From: an uncultured Anaerolineales bacterium | Lineage (GTDB): Bacteria; Chloroflexota; Anaerolineae; Epilineales; Epilineaceae | DNA: 17,561 bases | Direction of reading: 5' to 3' | Assembly (NCBI GenBank): GCA_964642035.1 | Contig: CAZXNP010000009.1 | Location: 1-17,561, forward strand | Shown here: positions 7,996 to 16,713 of the stretch, one piece after another | Layout of the letters: each line of letters starts with the position of its first letter | Numbering within the stretch: the stretch's first letter is position 1 | Position numbers and translations under genes: made by a program | Notes under the pieces: model-generated | The model's database searches: none | What the model was told of the DNA's origin: nothing | Seen by the model: only the letters and a program-made list of their open reading frames with translations

Positions 7996-8668
7996 TCGGC
8001 GCCGGAAGAGGCCTTCGCACAGGCGGCTCTTGGGCAGCCTGTGGCGCGACCGCCGGGGCACCACGGCCCTGCAGTTCATCGTCATCTTGCCCGTCTTCGT
8101 CCTCGTCGTCATCGGGCTGTGGGCCTTCTACAGCGTTTACTCCGCCCGGGACGCCCTGTGCGACGCCACCCGGGAGGCCACCCGATACCTTCAGGTGGAG
8201 GGGCCGCGATTCCCGGAGGACTGGACATACCCCGACGACTGGGAGGTGGAGGCCCGGAAGATCATCGAGAGCGAGCTGAGGTCCCAGCGGTGGTATGACT
8301 TGGTGCCTGTGAATCCCGACGAGGTTCTCATTTTCCCCGAAGGGGAGCGCCGGGCCCCCAAGGACATGTCTGAGGTGAGCGAGGAGGAAGTCTCCAACAA
8401 CTGGTTTTTCGTGCGGGTCACCAAGACCGTCACCAATCCGGTGGCCGTCTTCCTGCCGGACCAAGAGAATCCTGGGCGCCTGACCCTGAGCTGCCAGAGC
8501 ACCGGCTTCTACGAGGGGGACCCCATCGGACCCACCGCGGGGCCCGTTCGGGGGCCGGGACCCGGGTGTCCAGCTCCTCCCCCGTGCCCGCCGGGGGGAC
8601 CGCCCCCGACGGTGACACCATGCCCCATCGGCCAGGTGTGCCCGCCCACGCCATGCCCCTGCAGCTAG
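7988..8668 (+). CDS. TadE-like pseudopilin 2 with a Cys/Pro-rich C-terminal tail
   Basis: The GTG start has the RBS GGGAAGG (7973-7979). It has the N-domain 'DRRGTTALQFIVILPVFVLVVIGLW'. The tail is 'GCPAPPPCPPGGPPPTVTPCPIGQVCPPTPCPCS'. Confidence 0.6.
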   Translation: MTSRRRKRPSHRRLLGSLWRDRRGTTALQFIVILPVFVLVVIGLWAFYSVYSARDALCDATREATRYLQVEGPRFPEDWTYPDDWEVEARKIIESELRSQRWYDLVPVNPDEVLIFPEGERRAPKDMSEVSEEEVSNNWFFVRVTKTVTNPVAVFLPDQENPGRLTLSCQSTGFYEGDPIGPTAGPVRGPGPGCPAPPPCPPGGPPPTVTPCPIGQVCPPTPCPCS

Positions 8669-8679
8669 TGAGGACTGCC

Positions 8680-9432
8680 ATGCCAGTTTCCCTCAGGCGA
8701 CGTCTCGGGCGCTGGCGGGATGACGAGCGGGGGACCTCGATGATCACCGCCGCCGTCACCCTGCCCCTCCTCATCATCATTGTCCTGGGCATCTACTACC
8801 TCGGTCTGTTCATGTACTCCCGCTGGATGTTCCGGGAGGCCACCAACGAGGCGGCCCAATACATCTCCGAACAGGGGCGCTTCTGGAACATCAACCCCGA
8901 CGCCTCCGGCGACCTGTACCCCACCAACTGGTACGATCTGGAGGCCCACCGGATCATCGCCAGCCGGCTGCGGGACGTGATGCCTTACCGCCGGGAACAG
9001 ATCTCCGCCACCCTGAGCGTCACCGTGACGGAGCCGGCGGTGGCCACCGGGGCCGTGGAACGGGAGGTGTGCGTCCCCGGCGACCGGGAGGTGGGGGATT
9101 ACCGCCCCTTCGAGGAGACGGGCTTCATGGTGGAGGCGTCCTGGTCGGTGCCCTTCTGGCACGTGACCTTGCCTTATGACATTGCGAATGCCGGCCGGCA
9201 GCTGGTGTTCCACGAGCGCACCATCGGCCACCTGCAGTGCCCCCGCTGGACCGTCAAGGCGGCCGTGGGGGACGAGTCCCGCATCTATGGCGCCGAGGGA
9301 CCGGCCTTGCCCCACCGCTCGACGCCTGGGCCCTTCCCCTACCGGGGGCCGCCCACGGTGACGCCGTTGCCGACGAACACCAAGTTGCCAACGGTAACGC
9401 CTACTCCGGGACCGTCGCCAACTCCCCCGTAG
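8680..9432 (+). CDS. TadE-like pseudopilin 3 with a Pro/Thr-rich C-terminal tail
   Basis: The ATG at 8680 is just past the previous stop. 'ERGTSMITAAVTLPLLIIIVLGIYYLGLF' is TadE-like. The tail 'GPPTVTPLPTNTKLPTVTPTPGPSPTPP' shares PPTVTP with the previous gene. The track's start at 8566 reads through the previous gene's 3' end in another frame. Confidence 0.5.
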   Translation: MPVSLRRRLGRWRDDERGTSMITAAVTLPLLIIIVLGIYYLGLFMYSRWMFREATNEAAQYISEQGRFWNINPDASGDLYPTNWYDLEAHRIIASRLRDVMPYRREQISATLSVTVTEPAVATGAVEREVCVPGDREVGDYRPFEETGFMVEASWSVPFWHVTLPYDIANAGRQLVFHERTIGHLQCPRWTVKAAVGDESRIYGAEGPALPHRSTPGPFPYRGPPTVTPLPTNTKLPTVTPTPGPSPTPP

Positions 9433-9498
9433 TCACCAGCTGAGTTCCCCCACGGCAACCACGCCGACACCGTCTGACCCCAAAGGGAGGCCGCGCCC

Positions 9499-9795
9499 GT
9501 GACGTACGTGATCACGGAGCTCTGTACGCGAGAAGCGGATTGCGTCGATGTTTGCCCCGTCAACTGTATCGTGCCCGGGTACCCCGAGGCGGAGTGGCCC
9601 CTGTTCTACATCGACCCCGACGTGTGCATCGACTGCGGGGCCTGCGTGCCCGTCTGCCCGCCGGAAGCCATATTTCCGGAGGAGGACGTGCCGGCGGACC
9701 ACGCGGCGGACGCAGCCTTGAACGCTCGATTCTTCAGCGAGGGTCCGGGCTACGCCGCCGGCGTGGCTCTATACGAGGCTGGAAAGACCAAGTAG
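9499..9795 (+). CDS. fdxA: Ferredoxin (7Fe FdxA-like, [3Fe-4S] plus [4Fe-4S])
   Basis: The GTG start has the [11 protein letters not shown]. It has 'TYVITELCTREADCVDVCPVNCI' and 'CIDCGACVPVCPPEAIF' and is 98 aa. Confidence 0.85.
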   Translation: MTYVITELCTREADCVDVCPVNCIVPGYPEAEWPLFYIDPDVCIDCGACVPVCPPEAIFPEEDVPADHAADAALNARFFSEGPGYAAGVALYEAGKTK

Positions 9796-9796
9796 C

Positions 9797-10240
9797 CTAG
9801 CGGGCCGGCACGCCTTCGAGTTGGAGCTGGCGGTCCAATGACAATGGTCCGGCCCCGATGAAGGCCAGGGCCAGAACCCCGGCCAAAATCGCCAGGTCGA
9901 GCTCCGCCCCGGCGGCGCCCGGGACTATGAGGCCCATTTTGGCCTTGACGGTGAGGATGGCCACGATCATCACCGCGCCGATCAGCAGGGCGCATAGGCG
10001 GGTGAACAGTCCGACGATCAACAGCAAACCCCCCGCCAGCTCCACCAGGGTGACGATCCACCCAAACAGGACTGGGGCCGGAATGCCTGCCTGGGCCAAC
10101 ATGCCGTTGCCGAAGTTCGCCGGGCCACCATTGAGCTTGCTCCAGCCGTGGGCGGCCATAATCACGCCGAGGGCAATCCGGAGCACCAGGGGGGCGTAGG
10201 ACCGCAGGCGGTCGAGTTGGGGAAGACTCAGGGCATTCAT
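9797..10240 (-). CDS. DoxX-family membrane protein
   Basis: It has 'LVLRIALGVIMAAHGWSKL' and four TM helices. The RBS GAGGAGAG is 9 nt upstream on the minus strand. It is convergent with fdxA (1-nt gap). Confidence 0.8.
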   Translation of the reverse strand: MNALSLPQLDRLRSYAPLVLRIALGVIMAAHGWSKLNGGPANFGNGMLAQAGIPAPVLFGWIVTLVELAGGLLLIVGLFTRLCALLIGAVMIVAILTVKAKMGLIVPGAAGAELDLAILAGVLALAFIGAGPLSLDRQLQLEGVPAR

Positions 10241-10364
10241 GGAAGATGGCTCTCCTCTTATTTTGGAATCGGCCGTGGCTGGCCGCCGGTTGCTGCACGT
10301 CGTCCCGCGGCTGCGCCACGGGGCGGGGCTACTGGCACGAGACGCGTCTTCAGCGGGTTACCTT

Positions 10365-10414
10365 ACGCGTGCGAGGAGAGCGGGAACATGCACGCGTTGA
10401 CGCTCCGCGTGCGG
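10365..10414. promoter_or_regulatory. Operator-like motif set: inverted repeat ACGCGTGC (10365-10372) / GCACGCGT (10390-10397) with a 17-bp gap, a third CGCGTGCG copy at 10407-10414, and the palindrome GACGCGTC at 10341-10348.
   Basis: Read from the sequence. The inverted-repeat arm abuts the -35 and the third copy lies in the spacer of the candidate phzF promoter, within the divergent doxX/phzF region. Confidence 0.35.
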
Positions 10415-10425
10415 GAGTGTAGCAT
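10397..10425 (+). promoter_or_regulatory. Candidate promoter for phzF-proS: TTGACG (10397-10402), 17 bp, TAGCAT (10420-10425).
   Basis: The hexamers are spaced 17 bp apart and lie 60 nt upstream of the phzF start. Confidence 0.35.
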
Positions 10426-10484
10426 GCCGCGTCTGTGAGATTGCCGTCGGCGGCTCCGGCGGCTTCGGCGGGAGGCCGCGCCGT

Positions 10485-11393
10485 TTGCGGAAGGTACACT
10501 TCGTTCAGGCTGACGTGTTCAGCGACAGCCCCTTCGGCGGGAATCCGGTTGTGGTTGTTCCCGACCCGGGGCCAATGACGGCCGATGAAATGCAGGCCCT
10601 GGCTCGAGGCATGACCTTTTCCGAGACGGGGTTCGTGGTCACGCCCTCCGATCCCTCTGCCGCCTTCGGGCTGCGGTGCTTCACCCCCACGACGGAGGTG
10701 GCCTTCTCGGGCCATCAGCTTCTCGGGGCTGCCTACGTCATGGCGACCCTGGGACGGCTGCCTTCCAATGGTCCCCGCACCGAGATCTACGCCGAAGTCG
10801 GGGGCAGGCTGCACCCAGTGACTCTGGAGCACCCGTCCCAGGGGGTCGATAAGCTTGCCATGATCGAGGGGCTGACCTCTTTTGGTGACCCCATCGGCGA
10901 TCTGGGCGCCGTCGCCTCGGCCCTTTGCATCGATCCCCTCGAGATCCTTCACACGGGCTTGCCCGTCCAGGCCGTCGAGACCGGCCTAAAGTGCCTAATC
11001 GTGCCCGTGAGTACCCTGGCCGCGGTGCGGGAAATGCGGCCCGTGGGCCAGGCGGTGGACGAGCTGCTGCAGGATGTCGGGTGTGCCTGCGTCCTGGCCT
11101 TCTCGACGACCACCCTGAGCCCCCGCAACGATGTGCACGTGCGCGTCTTCGCTCCGCCCCTGGGCATCGATGAGGACCCCGCCACGGGGACGGCCAACGG
11201 CGCCCTCGCGGCGTACTTGGTGCGCCACGGCGCGGCCGAGGCCCGGCCGACGGCCCGACTGCGGAGCGAACAGGGGTCGGAAATGGGACGGCCGAGTGTC
11301 ATCGAGATGCAGGTGGATGCCAGCGCCGACCCCATGACCATCGTGGTGGGAGGCCGGGTAGCCCGGAGCGTCGAGGGCACGGTCTTCTACTAG
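10485..11393 (+). CDS. PhzF-family isomerase (phenazine biosynthesis-like protein)
   Basis: It has 'VHFVQADVFSDSPFGGNPVVVV', 'FSETGFV' and 'RCFTPTTEVAFSGHQLLGAA', about 300 aa. It probably starts at the TTG at 10485, after GGGAGG. Confidence 0.8.
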   Translation: MRKVHFVQADVFSDSPFGGNPVVVVPDPGPMTADEMQALARGMTFSETGFVVTPSDPSAAFGLRCFTPTTEVAFSGHQLLGAAYVMATLGRLPSNGPRTEIYAEVGGRLHPVTLEHPSQGVDKLAMIEGLTSFGDPIGDLGAVASALCIDPLEILHTGLPVQAVETGLKCLIVPVSTLAAVREMRPVGQAVDELLQDVGCACVLAFSTTTLSPRNDVHVRVFAPPLGIDEDPATGTANGALAAYLVRHGAAEARPTARLRSEQGSEMGRPSVIEMQVDASADPMTIVVGGRVARSVEGTVFY

Positions 11394-12830
<1,437 letters not shown>

Positions 12831-12846
12831 CGGGCCTCGTCGAGGG

Positions 12847-14148
12847 GTGGCCACGGATGGCGTGGCCACCGACCTGGTTCTGGAGGGCGCTACTCTCCTA
12901 ACAATGGCTCCCCGGGGGCTGGACGGGCCCCTGGCCGGCGAAGATCAAGGTCGTCTGGGTCGCGTTGACGATGCGGCGGTGGCCATGGCTGGTGGGCTCA
13001 TAGTCGCGGCTGGGCCCCGGGACGCGGTGCTGGCTACCGTGGCCGATGCCACGACGGTAGTGGATGTCGGCGGCAGGGTAATTACCCCCGGCCTGGTGGA
13101 CGCCCATACCCACCTGGTGTGGGCCGGCTCCCGGGTCAACGAGTTCGCCATGCGGGTGGCCGGAGCCGACTACCTTGCCATTGCCGCCGCGGGGGGAGGC
13201 ATCGCCAGCACGGTGCGCTCCACCAGGGCGGCCGCCGACGGCGAGCTCCTCGCCGGGGCCAAGGAGCGCCTCGATGCCCTTATGGTCCATGGCGCCACAA
13301 CCGTGGAGGCCAAGACAGGTTACGGCCTGTCCCTGCGCCACGAGTTGCGCCTCCTGGACATCCTGGGCGCCCTCGACGAGTCACACCCGGTGCACCTGGT
13401 CGCGACCTTCTTGGGGGCCCACTCCGTGCCTGACGAGTACTCCGGCCGGGCCGACGACTACGTGACCCTCGTAGTTGACCAGATGCTCCCGGTCGTGGCG
13501 GAGCGAAACCCCGGCGCCTTTTGCGACGTATTCTGCGACGAAGGGGCGTTCTCCCTAGCCCAGGCGGAAAGAATCCTGGTGGCCGCCAGAGCCCTCGGCC
13601 TCCGGCTCAAGGCCCACAGCGATGAGTTCGCGGCGCTGGGGTGCACGGAGTTGGCGGCCGCCCTAGGGGCTACCAGCATCGATCACCTGGTCGCCACGAC
13701 GCCGGCGGGTTTGGATGCCCTCGCTCCGTCGGGGACGGTGGCTGTGCTCCTGCCGGGCACGACCTTCGGCTTGGCCTCGCGGCGCTACGCCGCGGCCAGG
13801 GAGTTCGTGGGGCGGGGCGTGCCCGTGGCCTTGGGCACGGACCTGAACCCAGGGACGTGCCCGTGCCCGAGCTTGCCCTTCATCGTAGCCCTGGCTACTC
13901 GAAGCCTGGGCCTCACTCCGGCGGAGGCGCTGGTGGCGTGTACCCGCAACGCGGCATACGCATCGGGGTGCGGCGACTCGGCCGGCCAAATCGCCCCAGG
14001 GCGGCCGGCCGACTTGACGCTGTTTGACACCGACGACTACCGGGACATCGCCTACCAGTTTGGAGTCAACCCCGTGGCCGGAGTCCTGGTTGGCGGATCC
14101 TGGACCGTGCCCCGGGGCGAGGCCTCGCCCCGAGGGCCCCGGCTCTAA
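12847..14148 (+). CDS. hutI: Imidazolonepropionase
   Basis: It has 'LLTM', 'ITPGLVDAHTHLVWAGSRVNEF', 'AGGGIASTVRSTRAA', 'TVEAKTGYGL' and 'KAHSDEF'. The start is uncertain (TTG 12814, GTG 12847, GTG 12862 and ATG 12904 are all in frame). 12847 is chosen by N-terminal length. Confidence 0.8.
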   Translation: MATDGVATDLVLEGATLLTMAPRGLDGPLAGEDQGRLGRVDDAAVAMAGGLIVAAGPRDAVLATVADATTVVDVGGRVITPGLVDAHTHLVWAGSRVNEFAMRVAGADYLAIAAAGGGIASTVRSTRAAADGELLAGAKERLDALMVHGATTVEAKTGYGLSLRHELRLLDILGALDESHPVHLVATFLGAHSVPDEYSGRADDYVTLVVDQMLPVVAERNPGAFCDVFCDEGAFSLAQAERILVAARALGLRLKAHSDEFAALGCTELAAALGATSIDHLVATTPAGLDALAPSGTVAVLLPGTTFGLASRRYAAAREFVGRGVPVALGTDLNPGTCPCPSLPFIVALATRSLGLTPAEALVACTRNAAYASGCGDSAGQIAPGRPADLTLFDTDDYRDIAYQFGVNPVAGVLVGGSWTVPRGEASPRGPRL

Positions 14149-14264
14149 TGGCGCACGAGAACCGGGGCGAAGAGGGCCAGGACCATGGATAGGGCGGCGA
14201 GAATACCAATGGTGATCCAGATCTTCTCGCTGGTGGAGCGCTTTCGGGTCTTACGACGTGCCAT
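14145..14264 (-). CDS. Small (39 aa) basic N-terminus plus single-TM hypothetical protein
   Basis: An ATG (RC of 14262-14264) is preceded on the minus strand by GGAGGA at 7-nt spacing. The product is 'MARRKTRKRSTSEKIWITIGILAALSMVLALFAPVLVRH'. Its stop overlaps the hutI stop by 4 nt. It is below the ORF-track size cutoff. Confidence 0.35.
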   Translation of the reverse strand: MARRKTRKRSTSEKIWITIGILAALSMVLALFAPVLVRH

Positions 14265-14265
14265 G

Positions 14266-14294
14266 TGGTGGTCCTCCCGGGGGGATTATAGCAT
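14266..14294 (+). promoter_or_regulatory. Candidate promoter for nfeD-floT: TGGTGG (14266-14271), 17 bp, TAGCAT (14289-14294; extended TATAGCAT).
   Basis: The -10 hexamer is identical to those ahead of phzF and the DUF11 gene. The -35 is weak. Confidence 0.3.
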
Positions 14295-14342
14295 CGGCCG
14301 ACCCGGGGCCGCGGCCGAGGGGACAGAAGGAGGCTAATGCGA

Positions 14343-14938
14343 TGGCAGGTGAACTGGCCCAGCTTTCCGGTCTCAACTGCGTCTACTTCGCCCTCCTCGG
14401 CGTGGGCGTCATGTACGCCATGGTGATCCTGGTTGCCGGGGAGCTCCACGGCTTCGGCGTGCACGCCGACATGCCCGTTCACCTCGACATCGGGGCCCCC
14501 GACGTGCTCCACGGGGAGGTCGATGTCATGAGCCTGAGCCCGATCACGCTGGCCGGCTTCGTGACGGCCTTCGGGGCCTTCGGGCTCATCTCGTCGGGTC
14601 TCTTCGATGCCACGGCCGCCGGCAGCCTCGTGTGGGCCGCCGTTGGCGGCATTGTCGTGGGCGTGGCCAGCCACGTGGCATTCATCACTTTCTTCATCAA
14701 GCCCCAGGGCTCGAGCGAGGTCACTCGGGCCGACATCGTTGGGGCCGTCGCGGAGGTCATCACCCCCGTGCCGAAGGGCAAGGTGGGCGAGATTGCCCTT
14801 GTGGCCCAGGGGGCCCGGATAACCATGACGGCCCGGGGCCGTGGCGACCAGGCCGTGAAACGCGGCACCATGGTGCGCATCCACGACGTAGTCGGAAGCG
14901 TGGCCCTCGTCGGACCAGTGAGTGAGGACGTGAAGTAG
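14343..14938 (+). CDS. nfeD: NfeD-like membrane protein (short form, C-terminal OB-fold), flotillin partner
   Basis: The ATG at 14343 is 8 nt after AAGGAGG (14328-14334). It has N-terminal TM helices and 'GKVGEIALVAQGARITMTARGRGDQAVKRGTMVRIHDVVGSVALVGPV'. The track's GTG 14258 extension is Pro/Gly junk. Confidence 0.75.
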
Positions 14939-14964
14939 CCCCAAGCGGGCTGAAGGAGGCTGCA

Positions 14965-16515
14965 ATGGGTGGTGCATTGATCGGTGGAGTGGCCATTCTG
15001 GCCCTCTTCTTCGTGCTGTTGGTCACGGCCTTCGTGATGGCCCAGCGCTACATGAAGGTGGGCCCCAACGAGGTCCTGGTGATCTCTGGCCGCCGTCGGA
15101 CCGTCGTCGACCCCACAACCGGGGACCGGGTAGCCAGGAACTACCGCATCTTGAAGGGCGGTGGCACCTTCATCATCCCGGTGCTCGAGCGGGTGGATGC
15201 CCTGTCCCTCGAGATAATGACCATCGACGTCGTGACGCCCAAGGTGTACACGGTGGTGGGTGTGCCCGTGACCGTGGACGGCGTGGCGCAGGTCAAGGTC
15301 CGGGGCGACGACGTGTCCATCGCCACCGCGGCAGAGCAGTTCCTGTCCAAGAGCGCGTCGGAGATCCGGAACGTGGCTCTCCAGACTCTGGAGGGGCACC
15401 TGCGGGCTATCCTGGGCACCCTCACAGTTGAGGAGCTGTACCGCGATCGGGACGCCTTCGCCCAGCGCGTGCAGGAGGTGGCCGCCGGTGATCTGGCCAA
15501 CATGGGCCTGACCATCGTGTCTTTCACCATCCGCGATATCCGCGACGAGCGGGGCTATCTCGATGCCCTGGGCAAGGCCCGAACGGCCGAGGTGAAGCGC
15601 GACGCCGCAATAGGCGAGGCCAACGCCGAGCGGGACGCCCGGATCCAAGCCGCCAAAGCCATGCAGGCGGCCCGGGAGGCAGAGTTCCTTGCCGAGACCC
15701 AGGTGGCTGGGGCCGAGAAGGGCTACCAGGTCCAGAAGGCTCACTTCGACACCGAGGTGAACCGGGAACGGGCGAAGGCCGAGTTGGCCTACACCCTGGA
15801 GCAGAACAAGCAGAACCAGACGGTGCGGGGGGAGGCCGTGCAGATCGAGGTCATCGAGAAGCAGAAGCAGATCGAGGTGCAACAGCAAGAAGTGATGCGC
15901 CGGGAGCTCGAGCTCGAGGCCCAGGTGCGAAAGCCGGCGGCGGCGAAGCAATACGAGATCGAGACCCTCGCCAAGGCCCGGCGTTTCCAGCTCGAGACCG
16001 AGGCGGAAGGCCAAGCCTCGGCGGCCCGGAACCTAGGCGCCGGCCAGGCTGATGCTGATCGGTCCAAGGGCATGGCCTTGGCGGAGGTCACCAAGGCCAA
16101 GGGCCTGGCAACGGCGGAGGTTATCGAGGCCCAGGGCCGGGCCGAAGCAGAGGCGAAGCGCCAGAAGGCCGATGCGTGGGCGAAGTACAACCAGGCAGCC
16201 ATCCTGGAGCAGCTCCTGGCTGGGCTGCCGGACCTGGCCAGCGCCGTGGCGGCGCCCCTGAGCAACGTCGATCGCATGGTCGTCATAGGCGGCGGCGATG
16301 GAGCCGCCGGCGCGAGCCGAATCACCGGTGACGTCACGGTGGCCCTCTCCCAGATGCCGGAGATCATAGAGGCCCTCACTGGAATCGACATAATCGGGTC
16401 CATCCAGAGTCTGCCGGCCGTCGAGGGGCTCCGGGCCCAGGGAGCCCCCGGGGCGACGGTGGACGGGGCGTCCACTGCCGGCGCGGACGTCGACGCCGGA
16501 GACGGCGACGACTAG
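14965..16515 (+). CDS. floT: Flotillin (SPFH/band-7 domain, FloT/YuaG-like)
   Basis: The RBS GAAGGAGG comes 5 nt before the ATG. It has an N-terminal TM, 'PNEVLVISG...KGGGTFIIPVLERV', a long EA-rich coiled coil and an acidic C-terminus. It is 516 aa. Confidence 0.9.
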   Translation: MGGALIGGVAILALFFVLLVTAFVMAQRYMKVGPNEVLVISGRRRTVVDPTTGDRVARNYRILKGGGTFIIPVLERVDALSLEIMTIDVVTPKVYTVVGVPVTVDGVAQVKVRGDDVSIATAAEQFLSKSASEIRNVALQTLEGHLRAILGTLTVEELYRDRDAFAQRVQEVAAGDLANMGLTIVSFTIRDIRDERGYLDALGKARTAEVKRDAAIGEANAERDARIQAAKAMQAAREAEFLAETQVAGAEKGYQVQKAHFDTEVNRERAKAELAYTLEQNKQNQTVRGEAVQIEVIEKQKQIEVQQQEVMRRELELEAQVRKPAAAKQYEIETLAKARRFQLETEAEGQASAARNLGAGQADADRSKGMALAEVTKAKGLATAEVIEAQGRAEAEAKRQKADAWAKYNQAAILEQLLAGLPDLASAVAAPLSNVDRMVVIGGGDGAAGASRITGDVTVALSQMPEIIEALTGIDIIGSIQSLPAVEGLRAQGAPGATVDGASTAGADVDAGDGDD

Positions 16516-16646
16516 GGGGGTCAAATCGGCTCGGAATTGGGTGCAGGAGGCGTATCTTGCGCCCGCGTGCGGCGTTGTATTGATGTAGCGCGGGGGAATC
16601 GGCGTTTCCCTTCCGCGTTAGAGTGCGCCTGGCCGAGCTGTGGGGC

Positions 16647-16675
16647 TTGTGGCGGCCAATTCCGCGCCCTAGCAT
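16647..16675 (+). promoter_or_regulatory. Candidate promoter for the DUF11 gene: TTGTGG (16647-16652), 17 bp, TAGCAT (16670-16675).
   Basis: The hexamers are spaced 17 bp apart and lie 38 nt upstream of the ATG at 16714. Confidence 0.3.
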
Positions 16676-16713
16676 GGAATCCCAATACACTCAAGTACCA
16701 AGCGAGGAGCCGC

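Noticed and set aside
6471-8112. Minus-strand ORFs 6220..6960, 6471..7673 and 7279..8112
   Set aside because: They are antisense to flp/tadV/tadE genes and have compositionally biased translations with no domains.
8566-8679. Upstream extension of TadE-like 3 to the ATG at 8566
   Set aside because: It would overlap the 3' end of TadE-like 2 by about 100 nt in another frame. The ATG at 8680 sits just after the upstream stop and immediately before the RRxxGRWRDDERG TadE-like N-terminus.
8480-9432. Pro-rich nucleotide repeats (CCx codon runs) in the tadE2 and tadE3 3' ends as a possible CRISPR or tandem repeat
   Set aside because: They are imperfect, lie in frame within coding sequence and have no spacer/repeat regularity. 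They simply encode Pro/Thr/Cys-rich tails.
14258-14342. GTG 14258 start for nfeD (track ORF 14258..14938)
   Set aside because: The extension 'VPCGGPPGGIIASADPGPRPRGQKEANA' is junk-like and overlaps the promoter and micro-ORF region. The ATG at 14343 has a perfect AAGGAGG SD.
14479-16524. Minus-strand ORFs 14479..16014 (511 aa), 15789..16475 and 16033..16524
   Set aside because: They are antisense to the flotillin gene. Their translations are Leu/Gly/Arg-rich, and the + strand has a clear SPFH domain and RBS.
16589-16617. Imperfect hairpin (CGCGGGGGA ... TCCCttCCGCG) after floT as a terminator
   Set aside because: The stem is bulged and there is no T-tract, so this is too weak to call. It is noted only as a possible operon 3' end.
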